A stretch of DNA of 64,000 bases from a virus. The first letter of the stretch is position 1; each line of letters opens with the position of its first letter. Below the pieces are notes generated by a model. It was not told the DNA's origin. It was given only the letters and a program-made list of their open reading frames with translations, and ran no database searches. A program made the position numbers and the translations under genes. Positions 24,475 to 36,300 of the stretch are shown here, in pieces. The DNA is taken from IMG/VR virus record IMGVR_UViG_3300027668_000013, positions 1-64,000 of that record. The stretch is one strand, 5' to 3'.

Positions 24475-26910
24475 TTATGGTTGAACTTGTACTGCTACAA
24501 CATCCCATTTAGTATCTACTACATTATATTTACAACCTATGTAAACTGTTTTACCTGCCACAGTTGTAGTTGGTAAAGCTCCTGTATAATCTACAAATAT
24601 AGCGTTCCAAGTTAATCCGTAAGCATTTCCGTTATCTTTTATTCTAAAAGTTAATTCTTTTCCCTCATAAAATGAAGATGCTACACCAGTTGGTACTGCT
24701 ATTGTTAAAGCACTTGCTAATGCTGAAACAATTTCCATTTCTGAACTATCAATATTAGGCGTTATAGTTGTTGCACTTGCAACAGAAACGCTTTCAATAT
24801 TACCTTTTATCTTTTCCCAAGCCGTACCGTTCCAAAAGAACTTTTTATTTTTATCAGTGTCAAAACCTTCTAATCCTTTTTGATCTGCATTAAATGAGCC
24901 ACTACTATTTATAAAACCGTTAGTTGTAGTTCTTACATTTGCAAAAAATAGTTGTTGGTAAGTATTAGCACTTGCGTTTTGAATTGTAAACTTTGCCCCT
25001 GTTATTCCTGTTTGACCACCTACCACTAAGGATGTTGCATCAATATGAGAAGCACCACTTTGTAAGTCTACAATCAACCCTCTTGAAGAGTGATAAAGTT
25101 GTATGTGTGGAACTCCACCTTGAGCAAAAGTTAGAAATATAACACCTTGACTGCTGTTAGCTGTAGTTATTCTTCCAGCAGTACCTAAATTAATTCCCGT
25201 TGTTCCATTATTGTCTATAAGTCTTAAAAGACTTGATGCTTGATTACTTGGGTTATACATTATGTGTGCAACATTGACAACTTTTGCACCACCCCAACAA
25301 GTTTGTCCGTTATTTCTTACATCTAATAAACTAAGGTTATTAACATCAGTAACTTTGAACCCGCTTGTTGATGCTGAATTGTTCGATCCCTTAATTAACG
25401 TATCTTCTTGAATGCTGAATTTTTCGTTTGCTATTGGAGATGGCGCCGTCGTTTGCGTAGACCAAACAAAAACGCCCGTATCCATTGATCCATAAAAAGT
25501 TGAACTATCGTTTGATTTGAAATTAACCTTGTTTGACTTAAACCACGTTGCCCAAGCGGGTGACGTAACATTAAACACTATATTTATTCCCAATTCTATC
25601 GAAGTGGGAATAGTTCCATTTGATTGACCAGTCAATATTAAATCATCTCCTAAAGTGTTTATTTTTGCCCCTCCATTTCTAAAAGTTATAATTCCAACAT
25701 TTGCGCCCGATCCCTTTATTGATACAGAAGGAATTGCGCCAACTGCATCGGCATCACCAGCATAAAAATTTAGATTTGTCCCATTTTCCCATTGAATAGA
25801 TTGATTTGTGCCTCTAAATCTTAATTTAGAGATACCTGCAATTGCTGACCTTGTATAAGTCCGTATTAAATCTGTTTGAACTAAGTCAGAAGTTGAAAGA
25901 TTATCACTACTTGCCAAAGCTGCAATAGCTTGTTTTATTCTTTGTGCAGTAAATCTTTTAGCGTTTGTATCTGTCCCTGCTTCTATTTCTGCTTGAGTTA
26001 TTAAAGGTACTTGGTTATTATAAGCAGTTTCTATTTCCGCATCTGTTTGATCAGTTGTTGCACTGGCTTCAATTCCGGATAACTTATTAGTCTGTGCTGA
26101 ACTAATACCAGTTTTAGCTGTGTTTAAAGCTATTGCATTTGCATTGACTTGGATGTCCGCTGCTCTGGAGTTAATATTAGTTACGTTAGTTGCTATTGCA
26201 GTAGCGTTAGTTGCTATGCCAGAAATATCTTGATCTCCTGTATTAGTACCATTTACTGTTCCTAATTTAGTTTTTTCTGCATCGGTAAAAGCATTTGTAT
26301 CATTTTCCCCCTCATAGGAAGACTTAATCTGTGCACCTGTTTGATCTGCTGTTGCTCCATTTTCTACATTAATTATAGATCTTACTGAAGCAGGATTTAA
26401 ATCTTCAGGATCTCCTGTTCCACCAGTTAATCTACCTTTAATTGCACCAGAAAGCATGTTTGCCAACTTATTGTTACTTATTTTATCATCTCCTATAGTA
26501 AGAACTGTTGTTCCTGTTACATCTCCTGAATGGTTTACTACTAAATCACCTCCGCCAGCATTTGATAATCTACCGTCATAAATTACAACACTATTTACTT
26601 CAAGTACCCCATATCCAGAGTAAGAAATTACTCCTGTACCATTGTTTACAGGAATAGTATTTAAAACAACTACACCTTCAATAAAAAGAGTAACAGTTTC
26701 AGTAGAATTAAACTCTACTATATCGTGTTCTAAACTACTAACGGTATTGTCAGAATTTTCCAATCGTCCATAAAATCCAGACCTTGCAATATTTAAACCA
26801 ATAAATTTTTCTACGAATTGTTTAGTCTGATATTTTTTATTTCTAAATAATTCAGTTGCATTTTCAATAATGCTTATAACATCTATGTTTTTTATGTCTT
26901 TAAATTTCAT
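24475..26910 (-). CDS. Tail fibre protein
   Basis: Trimeric coiled coil ATNATAIATNVTNINS, repeats ATADQT/ATTDQT/NTGDQD, Gly-rich beta region, C-terminal RIKDNG..LTW..LPTTT..KWDVVA module. Confidence 0.8.
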   Translation of the reverse strand: MKFKDIKNIDVISIIENATELFRNKKYQTKQFVEKFIGLNIARSGFYGRLENSDNTVSSLEHDIVEFNSTETVTLFIEGVVVLNTIPVNNGTGVISYSGYGVLEVNSVVIYDGRLSNAGGGDLVVNHSGDVTGTTVLTIGDDKISNNKLANMLSGAIKGRLTGGTGDPEDLNPASVRSIINVENGATADQTGAQIKSSYEGENDTNAFTDAEKTKLGTVNGTNTGDQDISGIATNATAIATNVTNINSRAADIQVNANAIALNTAKTGISSAQTNKLSGIEASATTDQTDAEIETAYNNQVPLITQAEIEAGTDTNAKRFTAQRIKQAIAALASSDNLSTSDLVQTDLIRTYTRSAIAGISKLRFRGTNQSIQWENGTNLNFYAGDADAVGAIPSVSIKGSGANVGIITFRNGGAKINTLGDDLILTGQSNGTIPTSIELGINIVFNVTSPAWATWFKSNKVNFKSNDSSTFYGSMDTGVFVWSTQTTAPSPIANEKFSIQEDTLIKGSNNSASTSGFKVTDVNNLSLLDVRNNGQTCWGGAKVVNVAHIMYNPSNQASSLLRLIDNNGTTGINLGTAGRITTANSSQGVIFLTFAQGGVPHIQLYHSSRGLIVDLQSGASHIDATSLVVGGQTGITGAKFTIQNASANTYQQLFFANVRTTTNGFINSSGSFNADQKGLEGFDTDKNKKFFWNGTAWEKIKGNIESVSVASATTITPNIDSSEMEIVSALASALTIAVPTGVASSFYEGKELTFRIKDNGNAYGLTWNAIFVDYTGALPTTTVAGKTVYIGCKYNVVDTKWDVVAVQVQP

Positions 26911-27010
26911 ACTTTAAAATTTTAATGATACTGTCTCCCACTAAACATTAAACGTATAAAAAAATACAACTTTGTTTATAAAGATAAGTAAAATTTTACT
27001 ACTAATAAAC

Positions 27011-30000
27011 TTACATTGTATTTGTATTTACTAAATACTGGTACGATTTCTTTACGTCTTTTGCTACAAACTGTTTATAAAAAGGATTAAATAATTTTTG
27101 CACATTTACATAAGTTTTAGATTCTCCTTTAAATTGACCACGTTCATAATATTCTGGAGAAATACCAAAACCATCTTCCATAAGTTGAACTCCCGTTCTG
27201 TATAATGCTTCTAATATTGATATTGTTGCCGATGGACTTTTTATAAATCTTAAACCTTCTCCAAATATACCTACCGGGGTATAGAAAGCAAGTTCTCCAT
27301 ATTGCCTTCTCATTAAATATGCTAAAGCATATATCTTTCTTTCATCATCTTCATCACCAACACCTTCAGCTAATTTAACTAACAGAGTAGAAGCAATTAA
27401 AGTTGCAACTGTCATTGATAATTCTGCAATAGCACTTTTTATATTTCCTTTTTCGGTATCTGTAAGCTTATTCCATTCTTTAGAATAAACTTCTGTTTGC
27501 ATAAATTTACCATGTTTCCATAGTTTACTTAAATACATAATTCCAGACACGTAAGTTCCTTCTTTAAACTCTTCTGAGAATTGAGAATACATTGCTCTAT
27601 CTTCTAAATTAGAGTCTATATCTTTAAATAAATTTTCTCCACCTCTCCATCTTCTTTGAACACCAGGTATCATCCATTTCTTTAAAAAGAATACAAGCTT
27701 TCCATACCAATGTCTTTGTATTTGAGCTTTATTGTTCTCGTCGTAGTTACCATGAAGATCTTTTACTACTTCTTTTAATATTTTAGACATTACAAATTCT
27801 ATGTCTGGAGCATCTTCATATCCTTCAACTTTCCAATCTTTGTTTTTTAAAGTTAACTTTCCTTTTGTAGCCTCTTTATCTTTTGGATCATAGTAAGCTT
27901 CATCTAAACTTATTGCTTCTTCTCTTGTTGCAACTACATTACCATTTTTACCAATATACTCGCCATTTTTATTAACTACTTTTTTATTATTTAAAAAAGC
28001 ATAAACAACTGTACCGTGTATGTAATGTTCCGCAGCACTATTTATAGCATGTAAACTTTGCATTCCTGCCATGTTCTTAAATCTACTATCTTTAGTAAGT
28101 TTGTTCGACATCCCAGTAAAATCCATAGAAGTATCTACAAATTTTTCAATAAGCATTTGAGTTTTAGATGTAGGATAACCTACTCTACCAATATCTGCAG
28201 ACCAATTTGTAAAGTCTAACATGTATTTAAGTTCAGCGGCTCTTAAATCTTTTCTTCCATAGTGCTGTCCTCTAACACCTTCAAACCAGTTCATTACTTT
28301 ACCAGCAAGCATGTTTGCACCACCTCCCATATAATTTGCAATAAGGAAATTATTAGAAGACCATCCTATAAGACCGTCGGTTAAAGAATCTACATCCATA
28401 CCGAGTATCTTGAAATCAGATTTAACCATTTGTCTACCATACAGTCTATCTTCAATTATACCTTTTATTAACTCATAACTCTGAGAAGTTTTCCCACTTT
28501 CTAATATTTCTTGCTCTTCATCTAATTCTACACCAGCTAAATTTTTAACTTTACTAAGTAATCTTTTAGAACCTCTATTTTTAACAACACTTCTTTCTCC
28601 CATAATATCAGAAAGAACTTCTATTTGTGTTTTTATTGCATTTTTATTCTTATAATTAAGGGATACAAATCTATTTGTTAAAGCCATTCCCATTAAATCA
28701 TAAGACTGATCTTCGTATTCTAATTTGCTTCTAAAAGGAATATTAACTCTTTTTAATACGTTTCCAGATTCATCAGTAACAACTTTTACCCCTTTACCAT
28801 CTTCTGTAAGATCTCCGTATTTATCAGATTCATCTTTTTGAACTCTTTTAAGTTCTTTCCAAACCCTACTTGCAGTTTTTTTCGCTCCATTATCTGTTAA
28901 AGTTTCAGAAAGAGCTTTACTAATACCAGGTAGTTTGAATCCTAACTTGGCTTGTTGAGGGACATTGTTATCTGAATCTTTATTAAACTGAATAAGATAA
29001 TCATACATTTCTTTTTTTCTACTATCTTTTTGTAGAGCAAAGTATTGTGGATTAAGATTGTCTTTTTCTGGATAATTTTTTTGAAATTCTTCTTTTAATT
29101 CACGTCTTTTTTTAGCACTTTCCTCTTTAAATAATTTTTGATTTAATTCATTTTTAGCTGTATAATAAGTAGAATAATATAGTTGTACATAATAGTTAGT
29201 TTCTTTACCATTAATCTTTTCAATAATATTATTGTACAATTCCTTTTGATTTGTAGGAGTTACTGATTTTCCAAAACCTTTTTTAAATTCTTTCCAAGTG
29301 TCTATTGCATCTACTCTTTTGTCAATAAATTCAGCTTGACTACTTTTTTCAGCGCGTTCTAACATCTGAACTGTTAATTGTACAAGATGATCATTAATTC
29401 CTTTTGGATCTATAAGTAATTTAGAAAAAGCACTAATATCTTTTTTAGAAACGTCTAACATTTCTCTTAGGGTTTTCTTCTCTTCCCTTAGAATTTTTGC
29501 AGCATTATCATTCATTGCCTGTTTGATATATGCTTTTGCCGCTAAGTTGTGCTCTTTTGCACTAAGCTTTGTTTTAGAACGAGGGTTATTAACTCTAAAC
29601 TCCCTTGCAAATTTTTCTTTATATGTATCTCTTACTAAAGAAGATTCGTTTGCAAGAATATCAACCATTACATCTTTAGAGTACGCTATATATTTTGCAT
29701 CAAAAGAATCTACTCTACCTGCAGCACTTGCAATTCTTGCCTTAAAACTTTTAGGAATATCATCTCTACTTTCTATTATTTTAGCAAGATCTTTAACCAT
29801 GTCAAAAGTACCAGCATAATCACGAAGTCTTTTTAAATTTCCAGGGCTCTTTTTAAAAGAACCACTTTCTATTTTTTCTATTAAACTTCCAGTAACATCA
29901 ACTTTTCTACCACCTACTACTTTAGTATATCCTAAATGAGAATCTATGTTTTGTATGTAAATTAAAATTGATTTTGTAATATCTGCTTTTTCAAAGTCTT

Positions 30001-30337
30001 CTATTAATTGTTTTAATTTTTTTATAGATTCTTCTTTTTTAGAACCTTCGTAAATATTGTATTTAGTACGTAAAGAATTTAAAATTCTATTTCTTTGTTT
30101 AGAAATTTTCATAAAAAAGTCAGAGTCTAAATCCTGTTTTTCATTCATTTCAAAAGAAGCTTCAGAACCATCCGTCATTGAATAACTACCATCTGCATCA
30201 ATAATTGGCATTTCATAACCATTCTTAGAAAAAATAAAGTAGGCTTCTAATTCTCCTACTTTTTCTACTAAGATATTCCAATCGCTTTTTTCTTGAGTTG
30301 GATCTGTTTTAAAACTTATATTGGGACAATTTGCCAT
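27011..30337 (-). CDS. Large helical virion cargo/ejection protein (1108 aa)
   Basis: Directly downstream of the vRNAP; alpha-helical composition; hydrophobic helix LSMTVATLIASTLLVKL near the C-terminus. Confidence 0.7.
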   Translation of the reverse strand: MANCPNISFKTDPTQEKSDWNILVEKVGELEAYFIFSKNGYEMPIIDADGSYSMTDGSEASFEMNEKQDLDSDFFMKISKQRNRILNSLRTKYNIYEGSKKEESIKKLKQLIEDFEKADITKSILIYIQNIDSHLGYTKVVGGRKVDVTGSLIEKIESGSFKKSPGNLKRLRDYAGTFDMVKDLAKIIESRDDIPKSFKARIASAAGRVDSFDAKYIAYSKDVMVDILANESSLVRDTYKEKFAREFRVNNPRSKTKLSAKEHNLAAKAYIKQAMNDNAAKILREEKKTLREMLDVSKKDISAFSKLLIDPKGINDHLVQLTVQMLERAEKSSQAEFIDKRVDAIDTWKEFKKGFGKSVTPTNQKELYNNIIEKINGKETNYYVQLYYSTYYTAKNELNQKLFKEESAKKRRELKEEFQKNYPEKDNLNPQYFALQKDSRKKEMYDYLIQFNKDSDNNVPQQAKLGFKLPGISKALSETLTDNGAKKTASRVWKELKRVQKDESDKYGDLTEDGKGVKVVTDESGNVLKRVNIPFRSKLEYEDQSYDLMGMALTNRFVSLNYKNKNAIKTQIEVLSDIMGERSVVKNRGSKRLLSKVKNLAGVELDEEQEILESGKTSQSYELIKGIIEDRLYGRQMVKSDFKILGMDVDSLTDGLIGWSSNNFLIANYMGGGANMLAGKVMNWFEGVRGQHYGRKDLRAAELKYMLDFTNWSADIGRVGYPTSKTQMLIEKFVDTSMDFTGMSNKLTKDSRFKNMAGMQSLHAINSAAEHYIHGTVVYAFLNNKKVVNKNGEYIGKNGNVVATREEAISLDEAYYDPKDKEATKGKLTLKNKDWKVEGYEDAPDIEFVMSKILKEVVKDLHGNYDENNKAQIQRHWYGKLVFFLKKWMIPGVQRRWRGGENLFKDIDSNLEDRAMYSQFSEEFKEGTYVSGIMYLSKLWKHGKFMQTEVYSKEWNKLTDTEKGNIKSAIAELSMTVATLIASTLLVKLAEGVGDEDDERKIYALAYLMRRQYGELAFYTPVGIFGEGLRFIKSPSATISILEALYRTGVQLMEDGFGISPEYYERGQFKGESKTYVNVQKLFNPFYKQFVAKDVKKSYQYLVNTNTM

Positions 30338-30343
30338 AACTAT

Positions 30344-33300
30344 TTATTTACATGAGTTATTTAAAGATAATAACAATCCTTGAATGTCAAAGCGACTAAT
30401 CTTTGCTTTAGCCAAAGCTACTGCTTCTTCTTGAGTTGACGCACCTTTTGGTAACATACTTTTTCCTTCTTTTAAATCAGCAGCTGCATCTTTATCAACA
30501 TTTTCTATTAAAACATCATCAACTATATATGCTTGATAAACAACACTGCCTTCTACAATTTCTCTTCTAACTTCTACTCTAAATCCAGAAACTTCGTTTA
30601 CTCTAAAAACTTTAACTACAGACTCGTCTTCATTTTTAATTTCTTCTATTGAAGGAGGTTTAGGTAAATCTTCTACTTTAGGTACAGAAGCTTTATTTTC
30701 AACAACATCTGCAACCGTATCTTTTCTAAACTGTTCAACCATTTCTTTATCTTGAGGAACTTCTATTAGTTCAGAAGATAAAATAGACTGATGTTCTTCT
30801 GGAATTGGTTTACCAACTGAATTAGGACTATGGAATTTACCAAACTCTATATTCCCTTCTGTATCATAACTGTACTCTGTAGGAACTAATAAGATACTTG
30901 TAGTTGCAACTTCAAATCCTTTTTGTTCAAGCATCTCTTTATAGATACTAAGTTGTCTACTCCAACCTGTTAATTTAGATTCGAACATACCGTCATTATA
31001 TAAATTGCTATCCCAGAATTGTTGTTTGTCTGAATTAAATATTTTGTTTTTAAAATCAATAATGTGAAGTTTTCCATCTGAATCTACACCAAGTAAATCA
31101 AGAGTACCACCGATACCATCTTTTCCTTGGGCTTTGATTTGTTCTGCTGTAAAGTTTGCGTTTAAGAACAATTCTTTAGAAATAAATTTCATGTCAGGGA
31201 AAGACGATTTAATAGATGTTAAGTGATCTACTAATAAGTCAAACTCTTTTTGAGTTACGTTATTTAATTTAAATCCGTTTTCTTTATTTTGAGTATCTGC
31301 TTCTTTAACATATTCTGCTAAAGTTTTTACTTTACCACCATCAAAAATATCTCGTCCTACATTATCTACAAAGTTTCCTACAGAAGCTCCTGCTTTCATT
31401 GCTGGTTTAGCTTCAGATTGTTTAATTGCTTTATCTACAACCGCTTTTCCTATAGGAGATGTAATTCCTCCTTTTAAAACAGCTCCTGTTTTTAAATTAG
31501 TTATTTTCCCATTTTTAAAATCTACGCTATATTTAATACCATTGTATTCTACTCCTAATTTACGTGTTACATAATTAGATTGTCTTTCTAAAACTTGGTC
31601 TCCTAATTTATAAACAGACTCTTCGCCTATATCACTTTCAACTGTTGCCAAAGATGATTGTTTAGAAACTTCTTGTAAACCGTCAAGTTTACTTATAGTA
31701 GTTTCTGCTGGTGTTTGTTCAGTAGTTTTATTCATTTTTAACATTCCAGTATCAACCCATTCTTTACTAAATACAATATTAGAAGGTCTGTCTATTAAAC
31801 CTTCAGCGTCATTAAACATTTCAATCATTTCTAATCCTGTATAACCATTTAAAGACATTTCTGTAGTATTTCTATAAGCTACTTTAAATTGTTTATTAGG
31901 ATTTTGTTTAGCTGCTTCATATAGTTTAATTATACTTGTTGTAATATCTCCTTTAGAAATAGATTTAAAACCTCTATTTTCTTTTATTCTTAAGTCTTTT
32001 GTAGGTAAAGCATAAGCATTTCCTTGTAATCCTTCACCTTGTCCGGATGTAGCTCCAAATTGATCTTTAGCAATTTTAGCTGCTCCTTTTCCATGTCTCC
32101 CTTCAGGATTACTTCCGAATACAAATATAGTATTAGGTTCAGGAGTTATATTTCCTTCATAATACTGTTCAACATTTTCTTCTTCTGTTTCTTCCGTTTC
32201 TGTTTCTTCCGTTACTTCTTCAAGTATTGGTTCGTTACCATTTCTAAAAGAAGGACTATCATCATTGGTAATATATCCAACTCCAGAAGATTGATTACCA
32301 ATACTATTTTCATAGTCCGGACTTAGTGTGCTTTCAAAAGGACTTACAATTGAAGATTCAACCTCTGTATCATAAGCATACTCTGTTATATGATTTCCTT
32401 TTTGACTCATTCCTAAAGTAGGAACTCTTTTATAATATTGTTTTCCTCCTTTTTCTCCCATGCGTTTATATAATAATTTAGAAGTTTCATGTTTATATCC
32501 TGTATCAACATCTTCGTCTACAAATTTTTTCTTAGGTGTAAGTACAATAAACTTTCTAAGTTTACCCTCCCCATGATCTGAATAAAAAGAATAAGGAATA
32601 TATTTAGAATCTACACTAAAACCACCTTTGTATTTATTTAAAGCACCAGTTTTATCCGCAATACCTTTAAGCTTTTTATCATTTATAGTATGAGTAGGTA
32701 AAATATCAACATTATGACCAATAAATTGATCAAAGAAAGTATCAAAATTCACACCTTCTGCAAATGTGTTTTCCATAATAGAATTAAAAGGTAATACTCC
32801 ATCTTCCATTGATCTTTGTAAAATCGTATTTGGAATTAAATCGTAAAACGAATTTATATTTTTTTGGAAACCAGAAGATGCATAAGCATACTTTATTAAG
32901 TCTGTTGCAAATGCTTTTGTTTCTTCATTATCATATAACTCTTCCCACTCTAACCACAATGGATCTTTTTCTCTACCTTCTTTTTTCTTAGAAGAAGCAA
33001 AGGTAACAAAGTCTGGTCCTTTTCCAGGATTAACTAAAGTACCTAAAGAATTTAAAAAGGAATTAGAAGAATACAATTCTGTATTTCTCAATTTAAGTAA
33101 TCTTTTAGCCATACTTCTGTCTCCAAAAAACATTGCTTTTGTATTTTCAGGACTTAAATTAAGAGCATTTGAAAATGAATACGTTTGATATGCTTTAAGT
33201 ACTTTTCTATTAAATTCAACATCTGTACCATCATAATTTTGATATGTAGAGTTTAATCCTATTTCTTGATTTGTTTTTATAACAAGATCAATCATAGGTT

Positions 33301-36300
33301 TTTTAGCTGTTGAGAATAGATTCGACATTAAAGTTTGAACATCGTCAAATGCTGTTTCTTTCATAGCTCCAACAAAAGTCTCATTTATAATTGCCTTGTA
33401 CTCTTCTGCAAACTCTCCATCTAAAACTTCTTGTTCTAATTGTTTTGTAGCTATATGTTCTGCAATTCCAGAACCAGGCCCTGTAGTATCATACTTTGAT
33501 GCAGTAACCATTTTATTAAATTTTCTACCAAGTTGTTCTTGTTCCATAAAGAATAAGATCAATCCTGGATCGCTCTCGCCACTAACAATCATTTCTTCTA
33601 TCTCAGCTTCAGTAAATTCATTTGGTCCTTTAGAAGTTAATTTTTCTAATTCGGATTCTTTCATATTTAAATGAGAAAACTTTTCAAATGTTTTACTCCA
33701 AGGGTTTATAACACTATTGGTTGCAGAAGTTGTTTTTAAACTACCATTCTTAGTAAGCCCAAGTATTTTAATATGATCTTTCTTTTCTTTCTTAATTAAT
33801 TTACTGTTTTGAGAATCTATATTTTTTACATAATTTCTTATTTCTGGAAGAGATAACAATCTGTTTGCAGTACTTGCAGACATTCCTTGTCTCAACATAT
33901 AAAATACAGTGTTTGCGGTATTTAAATTGTTGTTAATTAAAGATATAAAAGGATCTTTCGCATTATCAACATATGCATTCATATAAGCCGATAAAGTTTC
34001 TGAAATAGATCTTCCATCAGTACTATAAATCTCAGCCATTTTTACAGCTTGTAATAAGTTGTGGTGAGTTAAATGATTTGCTGTTATACCAACACCTGCT
34101 TTACCACCAAGGTTTCTTTCTCTTATTTCATTTTGTGTAAATGGAGAAGCAAATTCTAAAGAACTACCAGGCCTCTGTTTAAAGAACTTAGCAGCAGCTT
34201 CATCTCTTAATCCTGTTGGTAAAGCCATGTAATTATTAAAAATTTCAGTTGGACTTAAAGCATCTCCTTTTTCATCAAGGAATAAGTTTAAGTCTACGTT
34301 GTCATCTGTCGCATACTTAGTATTTTTAAACCAATTTACAAATTCTTCTGTATTTTTTCTAATACCTAAAGTTTCAGTAAGAACATCCTCTAAACCATCT
34401 TTTTTAGAAGTATTGTCTTCTGATATATAATTTAATAAATGTAAATAATAAGCTTCGTTCTTTAACCAAGTTGTATCTACAGGTAATATAGCATCTGTAA
34501 ATGTACCTTTTGATTCTAATACACTTGCCCACATTTCCAATCTCTCGTTTTCAAGAGCCATTTCAGCTCTTTTACGAGCACCATATTTCTTTTTAGTTTT
34601 TGGATTTACTGCAAGTTTTGAGTTTTTATTATTAACTCTTTCAAGTATACCAGACTTAGGATTAAAGACAGTGTTGTACATCATTACGTACATCTTATCA
34701 ATATCAAAATCCGATCCTGTTTTACCAGTAATCTCATCGTACACAACTACACTATCTCCAGCAGAAGGAGGTAAAATTCCTACAATCTCAAGACTATCCA
34801 TCCCTGAAATTTTTTGGTTAGGAATACGATAACCTACTATGTTCTTAATTGTATCTCCAAGTGCGTCTTTTAAGTCTTTATCACTCATGTTTTCCCAACC
34901 TGGAATATTTTCTACATCTTTAAATGGTAAGTAAACTTGAGCTGACAAAGAACCATCCTCACGAATACGAGGACCTTTTAATTTGTTAGTACTCTTTGGG
35001 TCATAACCTTCTAAATGTCGAATATTATTTTTAGTAAATTTATCGATTTTGCTATAAGCAGCTGTTTTTTCAAAACCTTCTCCAGCAATTTGTACAAAAG
35101 ATCCACCAGTAGATGTTAATTTTATAGTAGCCTTTTTAAGCTCGGCAAATATTTCTTGTTCTATTTTATCAACGTGTTGAAATATTAAACTTAAAGGAAC
35201 CCTTGTTTCAAGTTGTTCTATTACGTTCATATCAACATTATCTCTTTTAAATTTCTCTATTAAATGTTCATAGATAGCTTCTTGATTTGTAATTCTTCCG
35301 TTTACTACATCATATTTTTGATCAAATTTCTGTCTACCTAAATGAGAAAGAACACTTTCTACCGCATTTATTTTTTGAGCCATTTGATCAGGAGTAAGTT
35401 TTTTTCCATTAAGAACGTATTCTCTTACATATTCTCCGTTAGCATTTCTTTCGAACATATTCTGAAATATGTTTTTACGAGGTTGTGAACCTACAAGTGC
35501 TTCACCTTTCTTCTCATATTTCGTAGGTAAATCTTGTTGTAGTTTCCAATGATAATTAGAAAGAGTAGTTGTTTTATAATCTACTTTACCACTAATTACA
35601 TCTTCTTTATTATAAACCGTACCTGCACCAGACTTAGCACCAGACTCATATATTACTTCGTCAATTGGATTATTAGGATTTCTCATTTTTTTAAGCAATC
35701 CTTCATGTGAAGTTCCTTTAACAAGACTCGGCCATAATACAGCTTGTGAATATTTAAGATAAGTAGGTACTGCAGATCCATTTTCATTACGTAATTCAAA
35801 ATGCATACCTTTTAGAGGTTGCATTGCTAAAAGATCTCTTGGGTCTGGATCTCCATCTTTATCCATTAATCTTTCAAAAGCTTCATCGTAATTAGTTGGC
35901 CAATTACCAAGTCCTATCATTAAAGACTTGAATCTTTCTGGAGTAATAAAAGCTTGACCATCTGCTTTATTTAACTCGTTTTTACGATAAGGTTTTAATA
36001 TTGCTATTGCTTCTTCTTTAGTGTATGCGTTAACATCTTTTCCATTACGAACAATCTTTTGATTCATAAGATGATTTAAATAATCATCGTACTGCTCACT
36101 TGTTTCTGTATCAGCATCTTTTATTACTAATATTTTATAGTCTTTAGGAGTATTGTACTTTCCAAATTCATCTTTTGTAAAAATTAAATCTGAACCTTGA
36201 CCTGAAGTAGCTGGTGTACGTTTAGATATATCCTTATAGAATGCAGGATCTCCTGTAAACAACATTGTAAATTCTATATTTGCTGTCATTGAATTTACCA

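Noticed and set aside
16116-26910. Diversity-generating retroelement or invertible fibre cassette
   Set aside because: No reverse transcriptase, recombinase, or template/variable repeat pair was noticed around the fibre genes.
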